DNA of 35,680 nt, from assembly GCA_963822965.1 (NCBI GenBank), contig CAWGJT010000016.1, forward strand, positions 1 through 35,680, in the 5' to 3' direction. Below, piece by piece: positions 9,417-18,392 of this stretch. The number at the start of each line of letters is the position of its first letter. Within the stretch, counting starts at the first letter, position 1. Below the pieces are notes generated by a model. It made no database searches and was not told where the DNA came from. It saw only the letters and a list, made by a program, of their open reading frames with translations. A program made the translations under genes and the position numbers. Source of the stretch: an uncultured delta proteobacterium. GTDB lineage: Bacteria > Myxococcota_A > UBA9160 > UBA4427.

Positions 9417-10565
9417 CTATCGCTTCCTGCCGACCGGCCGGCGATCGTGACGGATCCGCTCGGCGACTGCGGATGGCGGGCGGACGATCGTCCGGGCCTG
9501 GCGAATCCGATTGCGGACCACACCGAGATGATTCGATACGGTGATCACCTCGTCGCCTGGCCCGAGATAGGCCTGCTTGCTCCACAGGGTCAAGGGATGG
9601 AACATCACCCCGCCGGGTGTTCCGGTGAGCAGGAGGGTGCCGGGCGGGATGCCGGCGCAGTCGGTGAGCGCGACGGGCCCCTCGCGGCGCTGGTACTCGA
9701 CGTCGCAGCCCTCGAGCGCCCGCGCGGCGATGTCGGACGGTGACCAGATCATCTGGTCGCCCGACGCGCGTTGTCGCAGCGCGTCGTCGACGTAGAGCTC
9801 GAGCGTCAGCTCCCGGTAGAAGGCGTCCGCGTCCCGGGGAATCACCAGCAGGGGACCGACCGGCAGCATGCCTTCGCCGCCCTTGCCGTCCGGAAATCCC
9901 GTGGTGCCCATGGGCGCGTCGAAATCGATGTCCCGCACCAGGGTCCATCGATCCGTGAAGTCGTTGCAGAGCAGATAGCCGAGACGGGCCGGCCGCGACG
10001 CCGTGTGCGCCGTCAAGGTCACGGCGCAGATCTCGGCCTCGTAGTCGAGGCGCCGGCGATCGGGAACGTCCGCGTTCCAGGCCGTGGCGTGGGACAGCTT
10101 CGGAAACAGGAACGGGCCCTCCTCGCGTCCGACCTCCCGTGCGTGGGCCCGGAAGTTCGTCCCGGCCGCGATGTGCGGATAGGCGGCATCCAGGGGCAGC
10201 GTCAGCTCCTCGAACGACACCTGGAGCGTCGGGGCGTCGCTCGCTGCGCGGGCCAGCACGTCGAAGCCCAGGACGGTGAACGCCTCGACGGCATCGGCGA
10301 ACGGCCTTCCGAACGCGGCCTCGAGGTCCACCACCGAGAGGCCGTCGGCCCCGGCGCTCGCGACGAGCACGACGCGGGCTCCGCCACCGGCGTCGAGGCG
10401 CGCCAGGGTCAGTGCCTCGCCGGGAGCCGCGATCACCAGAGCGTCCAGCGGATCACCCTCCAAGCGCTCGTCGAGCTTCGGTCGGGAAAGTCGCCAGGTG
10501 GCGACCCCCAGCGCCGAGAAGAGCACGACGAGCGCGACGACCGCCGCCACGAGCCATCTTCGCAT
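9417..10565 (-). CDS. Fumarylacetoacetate hydrolase (FAH) family protein with an N-terminal TM/signal segment
   Basis: ATG overlaps the upstream stop (TGATG); MRRWLVAAVVALVVLFSALGVATW; AAGTNFRAHARE, PFLFPK, LDYEAEI, NDFTDR, GK, LLLTGTPGGV motifs. Confidence 0.9.
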   Translation of the reverse strand: MRRWLVAAVVALVVLFSALGVATWRLSRPKLDERLEGDPLDALVIAAPGEALTLARLDAGGGARVVLVASAGADGLSVVDLEAAFGRPFADAVEAFTVLGFDVLARAASDAPTLQVSFEELTLPLDAAYPHIAAGTNFRAHAREVGREEGPFLFPKLSHATAWNADVPDRRRLDYEAEICAVTLTAHTASRPARLGYLLCNDFTDRWTLVRDIDFDAPMGTTGFPDGKGGEGMLPVGPLLVIPRDADAFYRELTLELYVDDALRQRASGDQMIWSPSDIAARALEGCDVEYQRREGPVALTDCAGIPPGTLLLTGTPGGVMFHPLTLWSKQAYLGPGDEVITVSNHLGVVRNRIRQARTIVRPPSAVAERIRHDRRPVGRKR

Positions 10566-12268
10566 CAGCCTGGCTCCGCCGCGCGAACGGTGCCGAGCCC
10601 CAGCGCCGCGAGGGCCCGCCCCAGCGCCGCCCCTGGATCCGCGGGCAGCTCGTGCGCGCGCCAGGCCACGTGCTGGTCCGGGCGAACGAGCAGCGCGCCT
10701 CCCGGCTCGAGGCCGCACACCTCCGCCCAGTGGCCCTCGCCATCGACGAAGTCCTCTCCGGCCCGAACCTGCGAGAGCGGAACGCCTGCGATGCCCTCGA
10801 TGGCCTTGGCCCAGAGGTCGTGGGCTCCCTGGCTCCACAGGGTGAGGCCCGTCGGCGCGACGCAGTCGAGGCTCGAGACGCGGGCTCCGTCCCGAACGAG
10901 CCAGGCGTGGGGAAGACGCGAGCCGGGCCGGCTCGACGGCTGGTACTCGCGAACGGGATTGCCGGGCGCGGGGGGCGGGCTCCCGTCGGGAACGATTGCT
11001 CCTTCCTCGTAGCGGTATCCGATCTGCAGGCCCAGCATGTCGAAGTGCTCCGCCTGCTCCGCGATGGCGTCCTGCACCCGGCGTCGGCCCGCCGGGTCGG
11101 CGAGGGTCGCGGCCATGCGCGCGGTGGTCGGATCGGCGGCGACACCGAGCGCCTGCGGAATCTGCAGCATCTTCATGGCATTGCGCAGGCTCTGCTCGGC
11201 GTTGTGGCGCGCCACCGGGAGCCGCTCGCTCTCGTAGGTATCGAGCAGCGCCTCGGACGCCCAGCCATCCTCCACGGCAATCAGCTTCCACACCAGGCCG
11301 TGCACGTCCTGGATGCCGGAGTTGAGGCCCAGGCCGCCGGTAGGCGGAAAGCGGTGCGCGGCGTCTCCGGCCAGGAAGATGCGACCGTCGCGCATGCGCT
11401 CCGCCACCTGTGCGCTCATGTTCCAGGTCGAGCGGTGCAGGATGCGAATCGGTGCCTCCTCGCCGATGGCGCGGGTGACCAGCGCGCGGCAGCGCGCGTC
11501 GTCGTAGTCGTCCTCGGACTCGCGATCCGGCTCGAAGCCGTGCATGTAGACCCATTCGCGGTCGATGTCGTGGGCCACGAAGGTTCCACCCGCCTCCGGG
11601 TCGAGGATCCAGTGGAGCACGCCCGGCCGGTCCTTCACGAAGCGCCGCAGGTCGGCCCCGAAGTGGATCATCAGGAAGCTCTGGATGCGCGGCGGGCCCT
11701 CCATCTCGATGCCGAGGCCCTTGCGGATGCGGCTCCCGGCGCCGTCGGCGGCGACGAGGAAGCGGCTGCGTACCTCGTAGGCCTCGCCGCTCTCGAGGTC
11801 GCGTACCACCGAGCGGACGCCGTCCTCGTCCTGGTGTGCGCGCTCCCACTGCTGTCCGTAGCGGAGCTCGGCTTGTGGGAGTGCCGCGATCGTGTCGGCC
11901 AGGATCGGCTCGAAGCGGTGCTGAGAGAGGTTCCGCAGCGGGGTCGGCGTGTGGTGCAGGCACTCGTCGCCCTGCCGTTCGAAGGGGAGCCGACCCACCT
12001 CCTGGCCGTTGAGACGCGTCACGAAGACGGCGGATCCGGCGTCCGCCGGGTCCTTGGCTGCTCGGGCGACGGCGTCCATGTCGACGCCGGCCTGGCGGCA
12101 GATCTCGAAGGTGCGGGCGTTCACCACGTGAGCCGCCGGCGCGGGCTGGATGTCGGAACGTCGCTCGACCACCAGCGCCCGCCGGCCGGCCCGTGCCAGC
12201 AGGATGGCTCCCATCATGCCCACGGGGCCGGCGCCCACGACCAGGTACGGCACTTCGATGCGCTCCAT
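10565..12268 (-). CDS. FAD-dependent monooxygenase (PheA/TfdB phenol hydroxylase-like)
   Basis: VVGAGPVG, LVAADGAGSRIR, IFLAGDAAHRFPPTGGLGLNSGIQD, LDTYESER, PGSRLPHAW, ALLVRPDQHVAWR. Confidence 0.95.
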   Translation of the reverse strand: MERIEVPYLVVGAGPVGMMGAILLARAGRRALVVERRSDIQPAPAAHVVNARTFEICRQAGVDMDAVARAAKDPADAGSAVFVTRLNGQEVGRLPFERQGDECLHHTPTPLRNLSQHRFEPILADTIAALPQAELRYGQQWERAHQDEDGVRSVVRDLESGEAYEVRSRFLVAADGAGSRIRKGLGIEMEGPPRIQSFLMIHFGADLRRFVKDRPGVLHWILDPEAGGTFVAHDIDREWVYMHGFEPDRESEDDYDDARCRALVTRAIGEEAPIRILHRSTWNMSAQVAERMRDGRIFLAGDAAHRFPPTGGLGLNSGIQDVHGLVWKLIAVEDGWASEALLDTYESERLPVARHNAEQSLRNAMKMLQIPQALGVAADPTTARMAATLADPAGRRRVQDAIAEQAEHFDMLGLQIGYRYEEGAIVPDGSPPPAPGNPVREYQPSSRPGSRLPHAWLVRDGARVSSLDCVAPTGLTLWSQGAHDLWAKAIEGIAGVPLSQVRAGEDFVDGEGHWAEVCGLEPGGALLVRPDQHVAWRAHELPADPGAALGRALAALGLGTVRAAEPG

Positions 12269-12281
12269 GGTGGGGGCCTCC

Positions 12282-13062
12282 TCAGAGCAGTCCGGCGTAG
12301 CTGCCGCCGTCGAGCTGCAGGTTCTGTCCCGAGATGAAGCCGGCCTGGGCGCTGCACAGGAACGCGCAGGCGTCGCCCAGCTCTTCGGGTCGGCCGAGTC
12401 GTCCGGCGGCGATCCCGGCCTTCATCTCGTCGTAGGCCTGCTCGAGCGAGACGCCGCCCAGCTTCGCGCGCAGCTCGGCCATGCCGCGCTGCCGCGCCGT
12501 GTCGAAGCGCTCGGGCAGCAGGTTGTTGAGCGTGACGTTGGCGTGCGCCACCTGGCGCGAGAGCGCCTTGCAGACCGACGTGAGCCCCGTGCGCGCACCC
12601 GTGGAGAGGCCCATGGGCGCCAGCGGCGTCTTCACCATGGCCGACGTGATGTTCACGATGCGGCCGAAGCGGCGCTCGACCATCCCGTCGAGGACCGCGC
12701 GGATCATCAGCACAGGGGCCAGCATGTTCGCGTCGAGGGCGGCGATCCACGCCTCGCGATCCCAGTCCTGGAAGCGTCCGGGCGCAGGCCCGCCGTTGTT
12801 GTTCACCAGGATGTCGGGCTCGGGACAGGCCTCGAGGAGCGCGGTCGCGCGTGGCGTCGTCGCCGATGTCGCCGGCGACGGCGCTCACCTCGACCGGGTG
12901 CGCGCCCCGGATCGCCGCCGCCGTCTCGGCCAGTGCGCTGTCGTCGCGCGCGTTCAGCGTGAGGTTCACGCCCTCGCGCGCGAGCGACTCGGCGCAGGCG
13001 CGGCCCAGTCCCCGGCTCGAGGCGCACACGATCGCCCGCCGTCCGCGGATGCCCAGCTCCAC
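12282..13062 (-). CDS. SDR family oxidoreductase (frameshift near 12850)
   Basis: VELGIRGRRAIVCASSRGLGRACAESLAREGV in one frame; PDILVNNNGGP, GRIVNITS, NVTLNNLLP, RLGRPEELG, ISGQNLQLDGG in the next. Confidence 0.9.
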
Positions 13063-13064
13063 CG

Positions 13065-13992
13065 CTAGCCCCGTGCCTCTTCCTGGGCGCGACCGATGGC
13101 TTCGAGGTCGGGCGGAAACGCGAAGTGGTGCGGCGGCTCCTTCGGGCCCCAGGACGAGAAGTGGCCGAGCTCCCAGTCGGTGCGTGGCTGCCAGGCGTCG
13201 TCGTCCGGGATGTCGTCCATGTCCGAGAAGAACTCGACCATCGTTCCGCACGGGTCGTTCAGGTACCAGAAGACGTTGGAGCCCACGACGTGGCGCCCCA
13301 GCCCGACGACGTGACGGTCTTCGTGCCGGTCGAGGTAGCGGCGAGCGGCGACGCCGACCGCGTCGATGTCGTCGTACTCGAAGGCGTAGTGGTTCAGGTA
13401 GGGGACGGGCGACGGCTGGACGAGGAGGTTGTGGTGATCGCTCGAGCAGCGCATGAAGGTGAGTAGGCCCGCGACCTGGTCCGAGAGGCGGAAGCCGATG
13501 CCCTCCAGGAAGAACTTCGCGGCGCCCAGCGGATCCGGCGAGCCGAGCACCACGTGCCCGAGCCGGCGCGGCGGTCGAGGGCTTGCCTCGGTGACGACCT
13601 CGGCCCGGGCCGCGGGCCGCGCGCGCTCCCCGGGACGATTGTGGACGCGTGACGGAGGCCGCGAGAGCCGGGCCGGCGGCGCGACCTCCACGACCACGCG
13701 CCAGTGGCCCGACGGATCCAGGCAGGCGACCCGCCCGGGTCCGGCCTCCGCCCGGACGCCGAGCGACTCCAGGCGCGCGCGCAGCGCCGCCAGGTCGCGC
13801 TCGTCCGTCGCAGCCGATGCGCATCGACCGAAGCTGCCGGTAGGGGGCCTCGACGATGCGGATCTGATCGGGGCAGTCCGCGGTGCCCCAGCCCTCCGGG
13901 CCCCGGACCAGACCGATCTCCGCGTAGCCGGCGGCCAGGTCTTCCGGGGCGGGCACGCCGATCTCCATTCCGAGAAAGCTGTGAAGCGCCAA
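13065..13992 (-). CDS. Two-domain VOC/glyoxalase protein, extradiol dioxygenase-like (frameshift near 13810)
   Basis: TTG start at 13992 with AGGAG RBS (MALHSFLGMEIGVP); C-terminal domain PRRLGHVVL, FMRCSSDHHNL, LNHYAFE, GLGRHVVGSNVFWYLNDPCGTMVEFFSDMD. Confidence 0.9.
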
Positions 13993-14072
13993 AGGGTTCT
14001 CCTCCTGCTGGGCTGGTGGCGGTTTGGTCCGCCGGGATGGGGCGGGCGGAGCAGGGCCATGAGGAGAGCATT

Positions 14073-14110
14073 AAATGAGACTATTGTCAATATTGAATAC
14101 ATACTCATTT
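14073..14110. promoter_or_regulatory. Palindromic double operator, probably bound by the adjacent TetR
   Basis: AT-rich AAATGAGACTATTGTCAATATTGAATACATACTCATTT: the outer AAATGAG/CTCATTT pair and the inner TCAATATTGA share one centre; two TGA-N8-TCA boxes (14076-14089, 14094-14107) lie between divergent genes. Confidence 0.8.
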
Positions 14111-14130
14111 CAGGGCTACCCTGCTGCTCC

Positions 14131-14748
14131 ATGAGCACCCCGACCCAGCTCGAGCCGGCCACCCGGGGCCACCGGAAGCGGGAGAAGACCCGACGGAGCC
14201 TCGTCGCGGCGGGGCTCCGCGTGCTGGCCGAGAAGGGCGAGTCCCTGGCGGTGAGCGACGTGACGGCGGAGGCCGAGGTCGCGAACGGCACCTTCTACAA
14301 CTACTTCCCCGATCGTGAGGCCCTGCTCGACGCGCTGGCCGAGCACCTCGTTCTCACCCTCGCCGAGGCCGCAGCCCGCGAGCCCCACGAAGATCCCGCC
14401 CTCCGCTTCGCCGTCGCCAGCGGTCGTGTCCTGCGGCGCGCTGTCGAGGACCCGACCTGGGGACGGGTCGTGCTCCGGCTCGTGAACCGGCCGAGCGTCC
14501 ACCGCAACATCGACCGCTATCTCCGCGAGGATCTCGCGGCGGGCTTCGACGCGGGGTGCTTCGACACCGGACCGGACGACGCCACCCTCGACCAGGTCCT
14601 CGGCCTGCTCCTGATGACGATCCGCAGGATCGTCGAGGGGCGGGCTCAGCCGGATGCCCCGCGGCTCGCCGTCGAGCGCGGGTTGCGAGCCCTGGGACTG
14701 GGTTCGGGCGAGGCACGAGAGATCGCCGCCCGCGCGCTCCGGGAGTGA
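14131..14748 (+). CDS. TetR/AcrR family transcriptional regulator
   Basis: RKREKTRRSLVAAGLRVLAEKG..LAVSDVTAEAEVANGTFYNYFPDREALL HTH; divergent from the catabolic operon. Confidence 0.95.
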   Translation: MSTPTQLEPATRGHRKREKTRRSLVAAGLRVLAEKGESLAVSDVTAEAEVANGTFYNYFPDREALLDALAEHLVLTLAEAAAREPHEDPALRFAVASGRVLRRAVEDPTWGRVVLRLVNRPSVHRNIDRYLREDLAAGFDAGCFDTGPDDATLDQVLGLLLMTIRRIVEGRAQPDAPRLAVERGLRALGLGSGEAREIAARALRE

Positions 14749-15181
14749 GCGGTGTGAGCTGCTCGATCCCGGCCCCACCCGCGACGCTCTCGAGAGCGCG
14801 TCAGCGGCGTCCGGTGAGACCACGCTCGGGCGTTCACGCGAGGCCGGCAGCACTTCGTGGGGGTCCCGAGTCGCCGCGGTCCCTCGCCCCGTGCCGCGAT
14901 TCGAGAGGACATCGGTCGTGCGGGCCGCAAGCCCACCGGCGAGATGCTCCCGTGCGAGTCCGCACCGGTCCGCGCGGGGGAGGGGAGGACGTGCGGCCGT
15001 CGCGCGCGCGGCAGAGGGCTGTCGTTCGATGCAACCGCCGGCGCGTGCCAGGTGTCCCTAGCGCCGGATGCCCAAGAGGGATCCTGGAGGGCGCGCCGGG
15101 ACGGCTGCAACGTGCGTCGGCCCAGCAAGCACCCCGTGTGTTCCGAGCCGTCGTTGGAGACGACCGGAATGGAGAACGAGA

Positions 15182-15403
15182 ATGCAGCGGTTCATGAGAG
15201 GTCTCGTAATGTCGTTTGCGGTGGCGGGCTTCCTGGGAGTCGCAGGTCAGGCCCTGGCGGCCGACAAGCTCGAGTGCTCGGTCGTGAAGGACGGCAAGAA
15301 GACGACGCACATGGTGGAGTCGACCAAGGCGTGCACCAAGCTCGGCGGCAAGATCGTCGAGGGAAAGCCGGTGGCGAAGCCCGGAACGACGAATGCCAAG
15401 TAG
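15182..15403 (+). CDS. Small secreted Lys-rich protein with two cysteines
   Basis: GGAG RBS; signal peptide MQRFMRGLVMSFAVAGFLGVAGQALA; mature part ADKLECSVVKDGKK...KACTKLGGKIV; strong GC3 codon bias. Confidence 0.8.
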   Translation: MQRFMRGLVMSFAVAGFLGVAGQALAADKLECSVVKDGKKTTHMVESTKACTKLGGKIVEGKPVAKPGTTNAK

Positions 15404-15410
15404 GGCGCTT

Positions 15411-15443
15411 TGCGAGGGGGGTGTCCAGGTCATCCCCCTCGCA
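15411..15443. terminator. GC-rich stem-loop downstream of the small protein
   Basis: TGCGAGGGGG...CCCCCTCGCA 10-bp stem between convergent genes; no U-tract. Confidence 0.45.
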
Positions 15444-15469
15444 TGCCTGGGAGCCCTCGGACAGGCGGC

Positions 15470-15520
15470 CGCCTGCGGCTCGGGGGCGCCTGCGGCTGAG
15501 GGGCGCCTGCGGCTCAGGGG
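15470..15520. repeat. 17-bp tandem repeat, 3 copies
   Basis: CGCCTGCGGCTCGGGGG / CGCCTGCGGCTGAGGGG / CGCCTGCGGCTCAGGGG; the third copy contains the stop codon of the DUF4105 gene. Confidence 0.85.
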
Positions 15521-16518
15521 AGCCCGATCCGGATCTGTCGGGAGAAGTCCGGCGCCCCGTCGGCCGCCTGGGCGGCCGCGTTGACGTGGGAGCGACGCAT
15601 GAGCTCTTCGAAGGGCATGCTCGTTGCGAGCCTTCCCTCGTCGTAGGCGTACTCCGGCGTGTATCCCGAGAGCAGGATCTTCCACGAGTAGGGGAGGTGG
15701 CCGGGGTTCACGGCGGTGTGCGCGAGGATCACGGTCGTGCAGTTGGTGGTGAGGGTGTTGTAGAACGTGGGGTGCTCGTTCAGCTCCTGTACGGACCGCA
15801 TGTAGTCGAGGAAGAATCGCCGCGCGTTCTCGACCGGACCCGTGATGCGGTAGACGTAGACCTCCTCGGGCGGATCCTTTCGGTAGTTCGTGCGGAGGCG
15901 GACCACGTCGCGCTCGTCCGCGACGACGTAGATGAGCTCGTACTGTCGGAAGAATCCCGCGAGCGTCGAGTAGGACTCGCCCTGCTCCTTTCGCGTCTCG
16001 ATGGAGACCGCCAGGTGATCGTCTCCGAAGCCGAAGGAGACGAAGATGTGTGCGATGGCGGGCCCCATCCAATAGACCGCGACGAGATCGACCCGGTCGA
16101 GCTTGCGCACGTCGAAGGTACGGTCGTAGTACGCCGGCGTGTAGTCGGTCTCCGTGCGGTAGTCGAAGTTGCGGATGTTGCGGACCGTCACCAGATCGCC
16201 GTCGAAGCTCACGGAGGGGAGCACCGCCACGTCGGTCTGCCAGACGCGGTCGTTCGAGGGACGCGTGCCGAAGAACACGAGGAGCACGAGGAGGAAGGCG
16301 ACGGCGAACGCGAGGAGGCCTCGCCGGCGTGCGCGCGCGAAGCCGAGTGCGACGACGGCCGCGAGACCCACGACCGCGAAGAGGCACGCGAGTGCGACGC
16401 GGACGACCGGAGTGCCGGGCGCGAGGTAGAAGAGCGCGAGCGCTCCCCAGCCCGTCGCGCCGGAGAGCGCGATGCCGAGCAGTACGAGGCCCGCCGCTCT
16501 CGCGATGCGGCCCGTCAC
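15514..16518 (-). CDS. DUF4105 (Lnb N-terminal-like) domain membrane protein
   Basis: GTG start overlaps the upstream stop (GTGA); three N-terminal TM helices; PSNDRVW, VRNIRNFDYR, AIAHIFVSFGF, SIETRKE, FYNTLTTNCTT. Confidence 0.9.
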   Translation of the reverse strand: MTGRIARAAGLVLLGIALSGATGWGALALFYLAPGTPVVRVALACLFAVVGLAAVVALGFARARRRGLLAFAVAFLLVLLVFFGTRPSNDRVWQTDVAVLPSVSFDGDLVTVRNIRNFDYRTETDYTPAYYDRTFDVRKLDRVDLVAVYWMGPAIAHIFVSFGFGDDHLAVSIETRKEQGESYSTLAGFFRQYELIYVVADERDVVRLRTNYRKDPPEEVYVYRITGPVENARRFFLDYMRSVQELNEHPTFYNTLTTNCTTVILAHTAVNPGHLPYSWKILLSGYTPEYAYDEGRLATSMPFEELMRRSHVNAAAQAADGAPDFSRQIRIGLP

Positions 16519-18392
16519 GGCGCGCTCGCGGTCTGGGTTTCCAGGTGCTCGATCAGGATGCGCCGCACCTCCTGGATCGCCTCGGGCTTCATCTGGACCG
16601 AGTGGCCCGAAGGCTGGACGACCAGCTCGGACTCCACGCCGTCGAGGTGGGCGCTCGTGTAGCGGACGACGCCGTCGTTGCCCTCCTTCGGAGGCCCGTC
16701 GCCCTGCACCGCGATGATCGAGTTCGCGTGGATGCGCGGGGCGACTGGAATCTCCGCCAGGGCCTCCAGGAACGGGTTCGACGGTCGCATGTTGTCGAGG
16801 CTGGTCGGCGGCTGCCGGAGGCGGTTCAGGATCAGGCCCTCCTCCCCCTCGGTGACGACGTCGTAGCTGAGCCGGGTGATGGTCAACGGCATCTTGACGA
16901 GCCGCGAGACCCAGCTCGCGGGCGCCCACGTTGCGAGGAAGCTCCCGTGGTGGGGCGTCGACATGAAGACGACCCGCTCCACGAACGGCAGCGGCTCGTA
17001 GAAGAGCGAGCGCTCGAGCAGGTCGTGCGCGTCGGGTTGGAAGTCGAGGCTGGCGAAGGGCTTCTTGCTGACGTTGCTCCAGAGAAGGTTTCCGCTGTGG
17101 ATCGCGGTCAGCTTGGTGAGGAGCCCCCCCTGGCTGTGGCCCACCACGACCATCCGGCGCAGCGCCGGATCGGCGCCCCGGGGATCGAGCTCGCTCACCG
17201 TGTTCTTCAGCGCCTCGACGAGGATGCCGCCCGAGTACGAGATCGGATTGCCCGTGTTGTAGATGAAGAGCCAGATCTGGTAGCGGCTCGCAACGATCGG
17301 GTCGTTCTCGAGCTCGTTCACCATCTCGGCCCAGGTGGCGGGGCTCGAGAACGTGCCGTGGACGAGCACGAGCGGGATGCGGCCGGGCCGGTACGGGTGC
17401 AGGAAGATGAGCCGGTCCGCTGCGGTGTCCGGCAGATAGTCGCCCAGACGAAAGCCTGCGAACGCGAAGTCCCAGATCTGCGAGCCCTCGAGCGTCAGCG
17501 CGAGCGACGAGCTCTTCTCGAGCTCGAGCGGGACGCGCCGGCCGTCTACGTCGAGAGCTGCGCGGGTGTCCTCGGAGTAGATCTCGAGCTGTGCCGACAC
17601 GTAGTCGGTCAGGAGCTGCGCGCGCAGGTCGTCGAAGCGCAGGAACGCGGTCACCGGAATCTTGAGGTTGGGCCCGATGCGCTCGGCGCCCGGTGGCAGC
17701 TCGCCGTCCTTCGGCCGGACGAGCGACGCTGCCAGCGGGGCGCCGACGCCGGAGTGCCGGTAGCGATTCGCGAGGCCCCGCACCTCGAGATCTGCGGCGG
17801 GGACGAACCGTCCGAGGCGCCAGCCGGCCCAGCTCGTGGCACCGTCGGCGAGCTTCATGTCGAGCACACCGAAGGGCAGCGCCAGCAGCCGCGTGTCGAC
17901 GTCGATCTCGGAGTCGTCCCGCGAGGAGAGCCCGTAGCGGAGCCCCCGATTGTAGAGGTTGCGGGCCACCTGGATGCGCGGGTCGAGGGCGTCGTCGAAG
18001 ACGTCGATCTCGCTCTCGAACAGGAAGGCGTAGGCGTAGAGGGAAGCGGCCAGCGCGTAGCGCCGGCTCCCCCGGTCCTCCGAATACAGGAACGACAGCT
18101 CGGCCAGGGCGTACAGGCGATCCGCGTCCCCCGCGCGCCCGAGACCCGCGCGCAGGATCTCGAGCGTCTCCCTGGGATCGTCCTCGAACTTCTCGCGCAG
18201 TCCGAAGCGGGTGAGCACCTCTCGGCTCGGCGCGCTCGCCCGGTCGCTCGAGAGGGCGCTCTCGGTGAGCTGGTGGTGGACCTCGCGCGGGCTCACGCGC
18301 TTCACGCCGACCGGCGACGCGCAGCCTCCCAGGAGGAGAGCGGCCACGAGAATCGGAGCGATCCGGGGGGGTGCCAGCCCGAGCTGAATCAT
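16515..18392 (-). CDS. Lipoprotein alpha/beta hydrolase (esterase/lipase-like)
   Basis: Lipobox LLLGGC; RIPLVLVHGTFSS, VVVGHSQGGLL, FMSTPHHGS, NDGVVRYTSAHL, SGHS. Confidence 0.9.
   Translation of the reverse strand: MIQLGLAPPRIAPILVAALLLGGCASPVGVKRVSPREVHHQLTESALSSDRASAPSREVLTRFGLREKFEDDPRETLEILRAGLGRAGDADRLYALAELSFLYSEDRGSRRYALAASLYAYAFLFESEIDVFDDALDPRIQVARNLYNRGLRYGLSSRDDSEIDVDTRLLALPFGVLDMKLADGATSWAGWRLGRFVPAADLEVRGLANRYRHSGVGAPLAASLVRPKDGELPPGAERIGPNLKIPVTAFLRFDDLRAQLLTDYVSAQLEIYSEDTRAALDVDGRRVPLELEKSSSLALTLEGSQIWDFAFAGFRLGDYLPDTAADRLIFLHPYRPGRIPLVLVHGTFSSPATWAEMVNELENDPIVASRYQIWLFIYNTGNPISYSGGILVEALKNTVSELDPRGADPALRRMVVVGHSQGGLLTKLTAIHSGNLLWSNVSKKPFASLDFQPDAHDLLERSLFYEPLPFVERVVFMSTPHHGSFLATWAPASWVSRLVKMPLTITRLSYDVVTEGEEGLILNRLRQPPTSLDNMRPSNPFLEALAEIPVAPRIHANSIIAVQGDGPPKEGNDGVVRYTSAHLDGVESELVVQPSGHSVQMKPEAIQEVRRILIEHLETQTASAP

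Noticed and set aside
9417..11963. 848-aa ORF suggesting a long N-terminal extension on the FAH protein
   Set aside because: The upstream part is an alternative frame of the monooxygenase; the FAH start fits the TGATG overlap at 10565.
15030..15050. Sigma-54-like TGGCACG...TTGCA on the minus strand; similar partial matches near 24721 and 27431
   Set aside because: The spacing between the GG and GC elements does not fit the required GG-N10-GC.
15470..15520. Possible CRISPR mini-array
   Set aside because: The units are contiguous with no spacers and too short, and no cas genes are present.
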